NCBI GenBank assembly: GCA_019638115.1
Contig: JAHBUK010000004.1
Location: forward strand, 224,794 to 288,793
DNA: 64,000 bases
Source: Flavobacteriales bacterium
GTDB lineage: Bacteria; Bacteroidota; Bacteroidia; Flavobacteriales_F; PHOS-HE28
Direction: 5' to 3'
The notes beneath the pieces were generated by a model. That model saw only the letters and a list, made by a program, of their open reading frames with translations, was not told the DNA's origin and ran no database searches. Position 1 is the stretch's first letter. Every line of letters begins with the position of its first letter. Below are positions 16,460-26,626 of this stretch, piece by piece. A program made the translations under genes and the position numbers.

Positions 16460-17290
16460 ATGATCCTCACCGGCCGCATCCAAGACCTGCCCATTCTGCG
16501 GAACACTGCTGATGGCATGTACCTCGGCGATGCTGAAGACGCTGTGCTGCTCCCTGCGGTTGAAGCGCAAGGACTTGCCGCTGACCGCGGTCCTATCAGC
16601 GTGTTCGTATACCGCGAAAAAAGCGGGCAACGACTGGCCACCACCACACTGCCCAAGGCGCAAGCGGGCGAGTTCACCAACCTGCGCGTGGTGGCCATAC
16701 GCGGCGGCGTTGCGCAGCTGGAATTGGCACCCGGCATATTGGTGTTGGTGCCGCACGAAGAGCAGAAGAAGCCCATGGAGCAAGGGCGTTGGTACGTGGT
16801 GCGCATAGCGGTGGACCAGGACAACGACATGCTCTTTGCCAGCACGCGCATCGAGCAATACCTGGACAACCGTGAACTGAGCGTGAAGCGCGGCGACGAA
16901 CTCGACCTGCTGGTCTACAGCAAGAGCGAGCTTGGTTGGTCGGTGATCGTGAACAACAAGCACCAAGGGCTGATCCACGCGAACGAAGTGTACAAGCCGA
17001 TCTCCATCGGCAACCGGATCACTGGCTACGTGAAGCAGGTGCGCGAGGACAACAAACTGGACATCGTGCTGCAGCCGATCGGTTACCGGCAGTACATCGA
17101 TGTACACACCGCTTCCCTTGCGAAACGCTTGGAAGCACGCGGCTTCCTGCCCCTCACCGACAAGAGTTCAGCCGAAGAGATCCACGCCGAGTTCGGCATC
17201 AGCAAGAAGGCTTTCAAGAAAGCACTGGGGGCGCTGTACAAGGAGCGGCTGGTGCGCATCGGTGAGGATGGTATCGTGTGGATGGGCTGA
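16460..17290 (+). CDS. CvfB-family protein (three S1-like domains + C-terminal winged helix)
   Basis: 276 aa. N-terminus ...GMYLGDAEDAVLLP... with repeated S1-like segments. The tail SAEEIHAEFGISKKAFKKALGALYKERLVRI is characteristic. Confidence 0.75.
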   Translation: MILTGRIQDLPILRNTADGMYLGDAEDAVLLPAVEAQGLAADRGPISVFVYREKSGQRLATTTLPKAQAGEFTNLRVVAIRGGVAQLELAPGILVLVPHEEQKKPMEQGRWYVVRIAVDQDNDMLFASTRIEQYLDNRELSVKRGDELDLLVYSKSELGWSVIVNNKHQGLIHANEVYKPISIGNRITGYVKQVREDNKLDIVLQPIGYRQYIDVHTASLAKRLEARGFLPLTDKSSAEEIHAEFGISKKAFKKALGALYKERLVRIGEDGIVWMG

Positions 17291-17323
17291 ATTCCCTGAA
17301 TTGCATAACTACGACCAACACCC

Positions 17324-17725
17324 ATGAACCCTACGCTTCGGAACGTTTTGGCAGTGCTCGTTGGAGCAGTCGTTTGCATCGTGTTGAACGGACTGCTGCT
17401 CGAGGTCCTGATGTCGCTCAACCCGCCACCGGATGGCTTCGACCCGAACAAGCTTGATACGTTCGGACTACTGCGCGCCAAACACCTGATGAACGCCTTC
17501 GCGGCGCACGCGTTACCCACTGTCTTCGGTGGTCTGCTGGCGGCATTGATCGCGGCACGGCGCCACCGGGCCATGTCGATCATCGTGGGTGTACTGCACC
17601 TGGTGGGCGGCATCATTGCAGCGGCCCGGATACCTGCGCCGTTCTGGTTCATTGCGCTGGACCTGGTGATGGCCTATCTGCCCATGGCGTGGCTGGGCTG
17701 GAAACTGAGCCGCAAGCCGGTATGA
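17324..17725 (+). CDS. hypothetical membrane protein
   Basis: 133 aa with four hydrophobic segments and good coding periodicity. No recognisable domain. Confidence 0.45.
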   Translation: MNPTLRNVLAVLVGAVVCIVLNGLLLEVLMSLNPPPDGFDPNKLDTFGLLRAKHLMNAFAAHALPTVFGGLLAALIAARRHRAMSIIVGVLHLVGGIIAAARIPAPFWFIALDLVMAYLPMAWLGWKLSRKPV

Positions 17726-18375
17726 TCGATCGACCGGATGATCATTTCGACCGTGTGGCTCGCGTGTTCGGTGCAGGAGCGCAGGACTACGTGAATGCGT
17801 TCATGGATCTCACCGCCTATGACCAAGGCCTGCTCGCATTCCTCAACGGACTGCCAGCCAATGCCCGCGTCCTCGATGTGGGTTGCGGTCCGGGCAACAT
17901 CAGCCGATACCTACTGGAGCACTCACCGGAGCTCCGGATCAAAGGGATCGATATCGCCGAAGGCATGCTCGAACAAGCACGGATGCTCTGCCGTGGAGCA
18001 CATTTTGAGCATATGGATGTACGGGATCTTTCGCTCTGGAAGAATGAGCGGTTCGATGCTGCCGTCTGTGGATTCATCCTCCCCTACTTGCATCCACTTG
18101 AAGCCGAACAGCTGATCGCTGACCTATCGCGCTTGGTCCATCAAGGTGGCAAAGTCTACCTGAGCACCATGGAGGAGGCCCCTACCCAAAGCGGCCTCAA
18201 AGCATCAAGCAACGGCAAGTACGAGCCGCTCCATCAAAACTTCTATTTGGCCGATATGCTGAGTAGCATGCTGACCGTGAACGGCTTCACGATAACGCAT
18301 ACCAGCCGAGTCGTTCAACCGGATAAAAATGGCATTCCCGCAACGGACTTGGTACTCGTTGCACAACTGACCTGA
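17722..18375 (+). CDS. class I SAM-dependent methyltransferase
   Basis: Motif I VLDVGCGPGNIS. Overlaps the upstream stop by 4 nt. 217 aa. Confidence 0.8.
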   Translation: MIDRPDDHFDRVARVFGAGAQDYVNAFMDLTAYDQGLLAFLNGLPANARVLDVGCGPGNISRYLLEHSPELRIKGIDIAEGMLEQARMLCRGAHFEHMDVRDLSLWKNERFDAAVCGFILPYLHPLEAEQLIADLSRLVHQGGKVYLSTMEEAPTQSGLKASSNGKYEPLHQNFYLADMLSSMLTVNGFTITHTSRVVQPDKNGIPATDLVLVAQLT

Positions 18376-18381
18376 AACCTC

Positions 18382-18729
18382 ATGGAACCCCAACTCATTC
18401 GCCCCATGGCCCTGGACCTGCCCGGTGCTTTGGAGCAGGAGCACTTCGGAAAACCGGCCTTCAGTGTGAAGAAGAAGCTCTTCTGCACCTGGTGGGTGAT
18501 GGAGGATCGCGCAGTGCTCAAGCTCACTCCCGCACAACAAATGGAATGGTGTGCCGAGCTACCCGACGCCTTCTCCCCCGTGCCCAACAAATGGGGAAAA
18601 CACGGTTGGACGAACGTTTCACTACCGCACATCAGCGAACGCACCATGCGCTACGCGCTGGACCTGGCGTGGCGGAACGTGTGCCCGAAGTGGTTGTTGC
18701 CTACGAGACAGGTGCCGCCAAAGGGTTAG
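18382..18729 (+). CDS. MmcQ/YjbR-family DNA-binding protein
   Basis: 115 aa. MALDLPGALEQEHFGKPAFSVKKKLFCTWW is typical of YjbR. Confidence 0.65.
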   Translation: MEPQLIRPMALDLPGALEQEHFGKPAFSVKKKLFCTWWVMEDRAVLKLTPAQQMEWCAELPDAFSPVPNKWGKHGWTNVSLPHISERTMRYALDLAWRNVCPKWLLPTRQVPPKG

Positions 18730-18834
18730 GGTGAATGGTGAATGGGAATTGGTGAATGGGGCCGAGCCGATCACGCCGGTGGTGATCGATGTGCCTCCAT
18801 TCGCCATTCACCAACTCCTATTCACCTCCTCCTG

Positions 18835-20772
18835 CTACTCCAACACCACCATCCTATCCTTGGGCACCTTCACGCTGTAGCCGAAGCGTAGTTGCTTGCT
18901 GGTGCGGGGCTCCACGCGTTCCTTCCAGGTGAGGAAGCCTTTTTCGGTGTTCACGGAAGCGCCGCCGTTGTCGTCGAGCTTCACTTCGATCTCGCTGCGC
19001 ACGGCCACGGGGAATTGATCGCTGATGACAAGCTCGATGGGCTGTGCCTTGTTGTTGCGCACGCTGATCTCCCAACCGACGCTCTCGGTGCGCTTGTTGC
19101 CCACCACCTGCCGCTGGCTGTAGTCCTTGCGTTTGGTGCGCTGCACGGTAACGCCCTTGTCACGCCCGAGGCTGATGTCCAGCGTATCGTTCACACCGGC
19201 CAGGTCCAGCAGGCTCTCGCCCACATAGGTGCCCTCGAAGTAAATGAAGGCCGGGCCTGCCAGCAGATTCAGGCCCTCCCACCCCGTTACCTGCGCGAAG
19301 AGGAAGGCATCGAGATCAAGTTTGGGAATGCAGAAGTACTTGTAGCTGCTCACCAACTCCTGCTCCTTAACGCCCACTTGGTGGTTCTTGCCATCGCTGG
19401 GAATGGTGTATGGCACACTGATGGAGAACTCGAAACTGGTGGCACGCTCGGTGACGCTTTCGGCGAGCGAGGTGTTCGCCACTTCCACCCGGTCGAACAA
19501 TCCGTACATATCAACAGTATCCGAACGGCTTCCGCGGATGCGCTGCTTGCTTTTCATTTGAACGCCATCCATGTAACGGTAGCTGGCAGGCACTCCACCT
19601 GTTATGATAGCAACCTCGCTCAGCTGAATTGAACTCTCCGCCAGGTTCACGTTCATGGTCCCGTTGGAGATGGCCAGCTGCTGGGCGGTATAGCCTACGT
19701 AGGTGAATTGCAACGCACGGCCGTTCGCAGGGATCGCGATCGCATAGTAGCCGTCGATGTTGCTGGTGGTGCCATTGATCATCTGGCCATTGGCATCGGA
19801 GAGCACCACGTTCACGAAAGGCAGCGGCTCACCGGTCTTCGCATCGCGGATGATGCCGCGCACATCGCGTACGTTGGGGTTGTAGCCGGGCTGAACGTTC
19901 GCCACCGGCGCCGGCTTTGGCCTACCGAAGTCCAAGCGCCAGGGATACAAAGTGGGCATGATGGCGTCCTTGTTCGGTTCGCCGCTGCTGAGCGCGAGTT
20001 GCACCTTGTCCCAATCCTCGCCGGTGCTTTGGTACACCTGCGCCTTGTAGGTGAGTTGCATCGGTTTGGTGATGTCGGCAACACGGATGTCGTAGCTGGG
20101 GCTCCAGCCGGCACTGCTCACCATGTACTTCAGCGTAAGTGTGGCGCTCACCGTGGTGTTTGCGCTCACCTCCACCACCACTTCACTGGTGGGTCGTGTC
20201 TTCTTGCCTTGTACCTGGGCCAGTTGCAGTTTCACCTTGGCCAGTTGCTCGTTCAATGAATCGACCGTCCGTTTGATCTCCAGTCGCTTCATGGCCAGGG
20301 CCTCCTGCCTGCCACGCAGGTATTCGTTGATGCTTTGCAATTGTGTGAGCGTGAGCCCCTGTTCGCCGCCCACCACCTCGTTCTTGCCCAGGCGCGCATC
20401 CTCCTTCTCCACCACGGCAAGCAGGCTGTTCTCGCGCTCGATGTCGGCTTCCAAGGTCTTTATGCGGTCCTTCAGCACCAGTACCTCGGCACGGTCCTGC
20501 TTTTCCTCCAGGTAGTTCAGGCGGTGCTGTACGCCCAGAATGGTAAAGGCACCCGTGCCACTCACCTGTATGTTGGAAGGATCCACCTCTTCGCTCAACC
20601 CGGCAAAGACCAGCGTGGAGGTCCCCTTGGGCAGTTCCACTTTTCCGTTGCGCGTTACTTCGGCCCCACTGAGGAAGACCTTGACAGCGCTGATGGTGGT
20701 GGTGACAGGCTTTTCGGCGGCCTGTGCGCCAAGGGTGAACAATACGAGGGCGGTGAGCAGGGAACGCGTCAT
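18835..20772 (-). CDS. secreted DUF4139/DUF4140-type (mucoidy-inhibitor MuiA-like) protein with a carboxypeptidase-regulatory-like insertion and coiled coil
   Basis: Signal peptide MTRSLLTALVLFTLGAQA. A long coiled-coil segment (KDRIKTLEADIERENSLLAVVEKE...). VRGIIRDAKTGEPLPFVNVVLSDANGQMINGTTSNIDGYYAI is a CarbopepD_reg-like motif. Confidence 0.6.
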   Translation of the reverse strand: MTRSLLTALVLFTLGAQAAEKPVTTTISAVKVFLSGAEVTRNGKVELPKGTSTLVFAGLSEEVDPSNIQVSGTGAFTILGVQHRLNYLEEKQDRAEVLVLKDRIKTLEADIERENSLLAVVEKEDARLGKNEVVGGEQGLTLTQLQSINEYLRGRQEALAMKRLEIKRTVDSLNEQLAKVKLQLAQVQGKKTRPTSEVVVEVSANTTVSATLTLKYMVSSAGWSPSYDIRVADITKPMQLTYKAQVYQSTGEDWDKVQLALSSGEPNKDAIMPTLYPWRLDFGRPKPAPVANVQPGYNPNVRDVRGIIRDAKTGEPLPFVNVVLSDANGQMINGTTSNIDGYYAIAIPANGRALQFTYVGYTAQQLAISNGTMNVNLAESSIQLSEVAIITGGVPASYRYMDGVQMKSKQRIRGSRSDTVDMYGLFDRVEVANTSLAESVTERATSFEFSISVPYTIPSDGKNHQVGVKEQELVSSYKYFCIPKLDLDAFLFAQVTGWEGLNLLAGPAFIYFEGTYVGESLLDLAGVNDTLDISLGRDKGVTVQRTKRKDYSQRQVVGNKRTESVGWEISVRNNKAQPIELVISDQFPVAVRSEIEVKLDDNGGASVNTEKGFLTWKERVEPRTSKQLRFGYSVKVPKDRMVVLE

Positions 20773-20865
20773 GGGTCGGGGTATATGGCAGTAGGATGCA
20801 TGAACGCGGCAGATCGCATAAACGTGCATGCACCTGGCATGGACCGCGAACCTACGTACCCGACG

Positions 20866-21264
20866 CTACCCGAACTCCTTGGCCAATTCCTCCGTGATCC
20901 AAGCCCGCGCTTCCTGCCTACTCCTGAAAATGCGCGTGGGAAAGGTCTGCGGATTGTAGCTGTAGTAGACCCCTGCCATGGCCTCGCCGAGGTTGTCCTC
21001 GGTAACGATGGCAAGCGCTACCAACTGGGCATTCGCGTTGGTCTTGCCGAAGTAGTCCACGCTCATCACGGAAATGTCGGCCAAGGTGTTGGGGTGGAAG
21101 AAGGCGATCATGGCACAACGCTCGGTGGTAAGCTCACCACGGCGCAGCTGCACTTCCATCAGGCCCTCATCATCCAGATCGAGCCCTTCGCGGTAGTGCA
21201 CTTCGATGAGGCGGCCTTCGCTGGAGAGCCGCATCGTTGCCAGTTTGGTCTCGATGACGTTCAT
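20866..21264 (-). CDS. hypothetical protein (possibly SpoIIAA/STAS-like)
   Basis: 132 aa, high GC, good codon periodicity. Assignment is weak. Confidence 0.4.
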   Translation of the reverse strand: MNVIETKLATMRLSSEGRLIEVHYREGLDLDDEGLMEVQLRRGELTTERCAMIAFFHPNTLADISVMSVDYFGKTNANAQLVALAIVTEDNLGEAMAGVYYSYNPQTFPTRIFRSRQEARAWITEELAKEFG

Positions 21265-21323
21265 GCGTGTATGATGGATCGACCACTACCGCTCGTCCTC
21301 ACCAAATACAGGGAACAAGGTAC

Positions 21324-22205
21324 TCACAGGGACCTTTCAGCGGCTTTCAAGGTGTTCAGCAACAGGCTGGTGATCGTCATCGGCCCCACGCCACCGGGTA
21401 CCGGGCTGATCGCACTGCACTTGGGCCCCACTTCATCGGCATTCACATCGCCCAACAAGCGGAAGCCGCTCTTGCGCGTGGCATCATCCACCCGGTGGAT
21501 GCCGACATCGACCACCACTGCTCCCTCCTTCACCATGTCCGCAGTGATGAACTCGGGTTTACCCAACGCAACGATGAGGATATCCGCCTGCCGAGTGACG
21601 GCCGCCAGATCCCTGGTGCGGCTGTGCGCGAGGGTGACCGTGCAATTGCCCGGCTCGCTGTTGCGGCTCATGAGGATGCTCATGGGCGTACCCACGATGT
21701 TGCTGCGGCCCACCACAACACAATGCTTACCGCTGGTGGCCACACCGTAATGCCTGAGCAGTTCCACGATGCCTGCCGGTGTTGCGGGCAGGAAGCCGGG
21801 CAAGCCCAACACCATGTTCCCCACGTTCACCGGATGGAACCCGTCCACGTCCTTGCGCGGGTCGATGGCAAGCGTGATGCGGTCCGCATCGATGTGCTTG
21901 GGCAGTGGCAATTGCACGATGAAGCCATCCAACGCGGTATCGTTGTTGAGCGCGTGTACCAGTTCCAGCAGTTCCGCTTCGGTGGTCTCCGCTGGCTTGC
22001 GGATCAAAGTGCTTCGGAAGCCGACACTTTCGCAGGCTTTCACCTTGCTTTCCACATAAGTGCGGCTTGCACCATCGTTGCCCACCAGCACGGCGGCCAG
22101 GTGTGGCGGCCTACCAAGGCGTTCCTTCAGCGTCTGTGCTTTGACCGCGATCTCTCCGCGTATGGCCGCCGAGGCGATACGACCATCGAGCTTTTCGGTA
22201 GGCAT
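21324..22205 (-). CDS. folD: bifunctional 5,10-methylene-tetrahydrofolate dehydrogenase / 5,10-methenyl-tetrahydrofolate cyclohydrolase
   Basis: 293 aa. [15 protein letters not shown]...[16 protein letters not shown]...FIVQLPLP...[17 protein letters not shown]...[11 protein letters not shown] gives full-length FolD architecture. Confidence 0.9.
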   Translation of the reverse strand: MPTEKLDGRIASAAIRGEIAVKAQTLKERLGRPPHLAAVLVGNDGASRTYVESKVKACESVGFRSTLIRKPAETTEAELLELVHALNNDTALDGFIVQLPLPKHIDADRITLAIDPRKDVDGFHPVNVGNMVLGLPGFLPATPAGIVELLRHYGVATSGKHCVVVGRSNIVGTPMSILMSRNSEPGNCTVTLAHSRTRDLAAVTRQADILIVALGKPEFITADMVKEGAVVVDVGIHRVDDATRKSGFRLLGDVNADEVGPKCSAISPVPGGVGPMTITSLLLNTLKAAERSL

Positions 22206-22277
22206 GTGGGCGAAGATAACCGCCCATGGGAAAGCAGGAAATGACGGAAGAGCAGGTCCGATCAGCCCCCGATGCGA

Positions 22278-24161
22278 TCAACGAATGAGCATCACCCGTT
22301 CAGCAAAGCGCTCCGCGCCCACATGCAGGAGCAGCGTGTAGGAACCTGCATCAAGGCCGTTCAGTTCCAACCAATGCCCCTGCCCTTCGCAATTGGGCAC
22401 AAGACCCTTTGCGACCACTTGGCCCGATGCCGCGAGCACTTGGTAGAACGCGCCATCCGGCAATTCATCGTGGCATCGGATGAACACACCCTCGGTGGCT
22501 GGATTCGGATACACGGTGAATGGATCGTTCCCGAGACGCAATACCTCCACTACCGCAACATGCGATGTGGTACTGCTGCCATCGAGGTCCACCTGGCGCA
22601 AGCGGTAGTAGTTGGTTCCGCGCAGGGGCAGGTCATCGATGGCATCGTACTGCACCAAGGCGTTGCTGTGGCCCACAGCGTCCACACGACCGATTACGGT
22701 CCAGTTGCTTACATCATCGGAACGTTCCACATCGAAATACAAGTTGTCCCACTCGCTCGCGGTAGCCCACTCAAGTTGAACGGTACCATTTCGTTCCGAG
22801 CGAGCGGTGAAGCTCACCAGTTCGATCGGCAAGGGGGTGATGGCGATGTTGGTGGTGCCCAAGGTGAAGCGGACACCATCCTCCAGTGCGGTGACGGCCG
22901 AGAAACGATACAGATCACCGCCAATATGCGTGGCACCGGAGATCGGTATCTCGTTCGCCATAGATCCGTCCTGATCGGTATCCACCACCAAGCGGAGGTG
23001 CGTGGGATCCACGTTGCCCAGGCCGGAAAGGTCGAAGGTGATGTCCACCGCGCCCACATCCACGGCCGAAGCCCCGGTGGTGTTGCGCTCGGAAACGCGC
23101 CATACACGCTCCAAACGGCCTTGCAGTCCATCGGGCACATCGTCCACGCCCCAAGCACCGAGCATGCCGTTATTGTGCCCCCAGAAGAGGAACTCGTTGT
23201 TACCAAGCCCGGTGGGGTTCGAGATGCGCACGATGCCGCTGCCTTGTGCATCGTTGTGGATGTTGGAAGCATTGATGCGACCGATACCCGCCACTTCGTG
23301 ATCGAAATTGCCGCGTGCCGCATTGTCCTCGCGGTATACGTCGTTCGCTGACAGCGTGAGCCCATACTTGGCAGCCAGGTAATTGGCGATGATGATGCGC
23401 TGGGCATCGTTCACAGCAACGTTGTATGCCACCACTTCGGCAATGTCGCCGTTCCAGCTTTCACCCCCCGCCTGGCAACCGATGGCCATGTCCGTCCAAG
23501 AGCTCAGCGTTCCATCGGTGGCCACCGAACCGGCAGTGCCATGGTCCACGTACTGATCGATGCTGGCGGCCCTGTACATGGTATTCAGGACATAGGCCTG
23601 CCCATTGGCCAATGCAGTGGCCATGGTAACGTTGCGCTGTGTGCCATCACTTTGGATGCCGCGCCCCCATACTTGCGTGGTGGCCGAGGAGACCCACATG
23701 CCGATGTTCTTTTCCGCAGGTGTTGCTGAGTAGGCATTGCCTGAAGCAGCACCTTGAATGAGTCCGGGATTGGAGGAAGGCAGCGAGGTGTAGCGGGCCA
23801 CCACCCAGACCGAAGCATGATCGGCGGTGCTGAGGCCCGTGGAGAGCATTCTGTCGTTGTTGGCAGCCGTGTAGCGCACCACAGGGTAGCCGTTCAGCAC
23901 ATTGGTCTGGAGGTTCGGCCGATTGCCGGCAGTGGCCTGTGTGGCATGACGTCCGTTGCCCGAACGGTCGTTCCATTGCTGCACGTTCTCGGTGTTGGCT
24001 GCCGGAGTGGTGCCAGCGTTGTTGAACACGCCGTTCTCAGCGCTCAACCAAAGCGCATTGTTCGTGCTGTTGCCCACCCCACCCGGACCTGTCTGGCCCA
24101 CGGAAAGAAGCGGAAAAAGAAGTGCCACGAGCAGACCGGGAGAGTATGTCTTGCGTTCCAT
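22278..24161 (-). CDS. secreted protein with LamG/concanavalin-like region and T9SS C-terminal sorting domain
   Basis: Signal peptide MERKTYSPGLLVALLFPLLSVGQ. The C-terminus ...FTVYPNPATEGVFIRC...GSYTLLLHVGAERFAERVMLIR is a type A Por sorting domain. Confidence 0.7.
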   Translation of the reverse strand: MERKTYSPGLLVALLFPLLSVGQTGPGGVGNSTNNALWLSAENGVFNNAGTTPAANTENVQQWNDRSGNGRHATQATAGNRPNLQTNVLNGYPVVRYTAANNDRMLSTGLSTADHASVWVVARYTSLPSSNPGLIQGAASGNAYSATPAEKNIGMWVSSATTQVWGRGIQSDGTQRNVTMATALANGQAYVLNTMYRAASIDQYVDHGTAGSVATDGTLSSWTDMAIGCQAGGESWNGDIAEVVAYNVAVNDAQRIIIANYLAAKYGLTLSANDVYREDNAARGNFDHEVAGIGRINASNIHNDAQGSGIVRISNPTGLGNNEFLFWGHNNGMLGAWGVDDVPDGLQGRLERVWRVSERNTTGASAVDVGAVDITFDLSGLGNVDPTHLRLVVDTDQDGSMANEIPISGATHIGGDLYRFSAVTALEDGVRFTLGTTNIAITPLPIELVSFTARSERNGTVQLEWATASEWDNLYFDVERSDDVSNWTVIGRVDAVGHSNALVQYDAIDDLPLRGTNYYRLRQVDLDGSSTTSHVAVVEVLRLGNDPFTVYPNPATEGVFIRCHDELPDGAFYQVLAASGQVVAKGLVPNCEGQGHWLELNGLDAGSYTLLLHVGAERFAERVMLIR

Positions 24162-24200
24162 GGGGCCTTGGAACGCACTGGGAACGTGAAGGTTACCAGC

Positions 24201-24656
24201 TCATTTCCGACCCTTGCCCACAACCTCCTTCAGCAGGAACTGCTCCGCATCCATCACCGGTATGTCCGCGAAGTGGAAGTCCTTGCGGTCGTAGGTGATG
24301 ATGAACCCGCATTTCGCCTCAATGGCAGAATGGTACTGTAGACCATCCTCGATGTCGCTTATGCGCTTATCGGCGAGGGTGCGATCCATGGCCACCTGGC
24401 CCACACTGGTCATGCGTATTTTCTCACCCAGCAGTGCGATCTTCTTGCGAGCCAGTTTCTTGCCTCCCGCAGTGTTGCGCGACTTCTTCTCTGCGAAGTA
24501 TGCTCCGATGGCCATGCACAAGGGTGAGGTGTAGACCTCGAAGCGCGGGTCATCCACCAAGCTCAACACACGCGAACACGGACCGAAGCGCGGGTACTCG
24601 TTGCAAAGCACTGTGACCAGGATGTTGGCGTCGAGGAATATGCGGATGCGTGCCAT
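24201..24656 (-). CDS. PIN-domain protein (VapC-like toxin)
   Basis: RIFLDANILV N-terminus with acidic residues spaced as in PIN domains. 151 aa. Confidence 0.75.
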   Translation of the reverse strand: MARIRIFLDANILVTVLCNEYPRFGPCSRVLSLVDDPRFEVYTSPLCMAIGAYFAEKKSRNTAGGKKLARKKIALLGEKIRMTSVGQVAMDRTLADKRISDIEDGLQYHSAIEAKCGFIITYDRKDFHFADIPVMDAEQFLLKEVVGKGRK

Positions 24657-24779
24657 GGTTTACAAGAGAATGCAGCTCACACGGAGGCACGGAGCGCCCC
24701 CCTGTACTTGGGTGAGGGGTACGGGTGAAGGCGCATTCCCTCCGTGCCTCCGTGTCTCCGTGTGAGATAAGGTGCATGC

Positions 24780-25046
24780 TCAGCGTGACCGGCGCCGGCT
24801 CGCCAAGTAATCCTTCTTCACGTTCCGCTCGGATGCATTCTTCCGCACGTACTCCACCTCCCCTTCCGCAACGGCACTTACCCAATCGCTTACCGGCAGC
24901 TCATCAATGCTGCGGTAGCGCTTGTCGGTAACCTTGCTGAGCATGAACTCCACCAAGCGCGACAGGCTGATGTTGTTGGCTTCGGCGAAAGCCTTGGCCT
25001 TATCGGCCACGGTGGCATCGAAGCTGAGGGTGATCTTGGCGTCCAT
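24780..25046 (-). CDS. small protein upstream of the PIN gene; possible antitoxin
   Basis: 88 aa: MDAKITLSFDATVADKAKAFAEANNISLSRLVEFML.... Same strand as the PIN gene, 123 bp upstream of it. Confidence 0.4.
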   Translation of the reverse strand: MDAKITLSFDATVADKAKAFAEANNISLSRLVEFMLSKVTDKRYRSIDELPVSDWVSAVAEGEVEYVRKNASERNVKKDYLASRRRSR

Positions 25047-25100
25047 GGCTCGGAATGTTAATACGACAAATGTAAAACACTCATACGTATGAACAACCGA

Positions 25101-25481
25101 TCATCCTTTGGGACTGATGAACAACAGGCGGCCAAAGCCCAGTCCACAAAGCAGTAGGAGAACAGCCATGATGACCACCACAGGATGACCGGCCAGTTCA
25201 GCCGGTGCTTTGAGCAGGGCCAGTCCTGAGCTGAAGAAGGCGAGCAAGTTGGCCATCAACAGCGGACGGCCGTAGATGCCACCGATCGCTGCACCACGCG
25301 CCAGCCAGTTGTTGAAGCCAAGGGCCATGGCAAATCCGCCTGCGATCTGCGCAAGCAGCGTGGCGGCTGGCTCAGCGGAGCCATCCATTGCGAGCAATAC
25401 TTGATCCGGGGCGAAAAGCAGGAGTGCCCCAGGCGCTCCAAGTACCAGCGCAGCTATGGAAAGCAGGACCTTGGTAGACAT
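25101..25481 (-). CDS. hypothetical membrane protein (four hydrophobic segments)
   Basis: 126 aa, hydrophobic throughout. Confidence 0.45.
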   Translation of the reverse strand: MSTKVLLSIAALVLGAPGALLLFAPDQVLLAMDGSAEPAATLLAQIAGGFAMALGFNNWLARGAAIGGIYGRPLLMANLLAFFSSGLALLKAPAELAGHPVVVIMAVLLLLCGLGFGRLLFISPKG

Positions 25482-25545
25482 TGCATCGTGGTATGGTCAC
25501 GCAAAGGTCATCGCCATCAGATCCACCACCAACGCGGCAGTCTTT

Positions 25546-25863
25546 TCAATTCTTGGGCCTGCGTAGCACAGCCACGTTCATGGCGGGCTCAAGCTTCACC
25601 AGTTCCCAACCCTTGGCCTCGAACTCCTGCACGGTGGCGAATACCGCATTGACCATCCTGGTGGTTGCTCTAACGGTCAAGCCCTTCCTACGCTCCCGCT
25701 CCACAGGTACCAACTTGGACTGTGCAGTATCCGTTGCGATGACCATTACCTGCGCGTTCACCGGGTTGTATTGGATCCAGACGTATTCATGGATGCCGCC
25801 GCTTTGTGCGGATGAACGTGTGGTGGCGAGTATGAGGAAGAGGAAAAGGAGGAGCTTCTTCAT
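25546..25863 (-). CDS. small secreted protein, paralogous to 26627..26926
   Basis: MKKLLLFLFLILATTRSSAQ signal peptide. Shares HEYV...EGWELV...LRRPK with the paralogue. Confidence 0.5.
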   Translation of the reverse strand: MKKLLLFLFLILATTRSSAQSGGIHEYVWIQYNPVNAQVMVIATDTAQSKLVPVERERRKGLTVRATTRMVNAVFATVQEFEAKGWELVKLEPAMNVAVLRRPKN

Positions 25864-25895
25864 GGTCCGACCAGCCCTTGCTGTTGCAAACAGTT

Positions 25896-26462
25896 TTAGT
25901 GCTTCAAGTCGAAAGTTACATAGCTGCCCCCTGGTTCCGACCACCGCACACCCTTCGCCACGCTGGTGACCAGCTCCACAAAAGCATAGTGAGGACCCGG
26001 ACCGCCCATGCAGTCGTGATCAAATCGCTTCAGAACACTACCCTGACGAACTTCCACCCAGCATCTGCCACCATCCGCACAATCCGGACAGCCGATCTTC
26101 CGAATGCTGAACTCCGACCACAGACTTGTGGTATCCACTGCGTGAAGTATGGCTCGATACTTCTCCACGGATATGGGAACAACTTGCCGTTGCCTTGGAT
26201 AGGCGGTGGTGTCCCACCCAACGCGCTTGCATTCCAGCCCCCATGAATGGATCCTGAACTCCGACTTGCAATATCCATAACACATCCCTGCCGACCATCC
26301 AAAACTGATCGCGATGCTGTCCGGCTCTTCGATCACTATTGGCCGAGCTTCAATGGGTTCCACCGGAACGCCGGCTTCTTCACTCGGGGCAAAGTCAGTG
26401 CCCATACAGCCCGCTAACGCCAAAGCGACCAGACCAATGCTCGTTCGCAGATGGCGCCCCAT
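25896..26462 (-). CDS. hypothetical lipoprotein
   Basis: LALAGC lipobox after a signal peptide. 188 aa, Cys-rich. Confidence 0.5.
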   Translation of the reverse strand: MGRHLRTSIGLVALALAGCMGTDFAPSEEAGVPVEPIEARPIVIEEPDSIAISFGWSAGMCYGYCKSEFRIHSWGLECKRVGWDTTAYPRQRQVVPISVEKYRAILHAVDTTSLWSEFSIRKIGCPDCADGGRCWVEVRQGSVLKRFDHDCMGGPGPHYAFVELVTSVAKGVRWSEPGGSYVTFDLKH

Positions 26463-26526
26463 TATCTGATCTTCTTCCGGGTCTTCGGCACCTCATCTCC
26501 ACAGGCAAGATGCCTGTGGGACTAAC

Positions 26527-26598
26527 GCCTCATCCCCTGCACCTGCTGCATCCGCTGCATCATCGCCTGCATCTTGGTCTTGTCGCCCATCATCTTCC
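26527..26598. repeat. 72-bp near-identical direct copy (2 mismatches) of the ffh 3' end
   Basis: cctcatcccctgcacctgctgcatccgctgcatcatcgcctgcatcttggtcttgtcgcccatcatctt matches 26979..27050 inside ffh. The short flanking similarity is rearranged. Confidence 0.8.
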
Positions 26599-26626
26599 GC
26601 ATCGCCGCGAACTGCGATCAGCCTGT

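Noticed and set aside
16106-17107. 333-aa minus-strand ORF opposite cvfB
   Set aside because: Antisense shadow ORF.
20335-23351. Long plus-strand ORFs (20335..21750, 21267..22244, 22272..23351) opposite the DUF4139, folD and LamG genes
   Set aside because: Antisense shadow ORFs, Arg/Gly/His-rich, overlapping strongly supported minus-strand genes.
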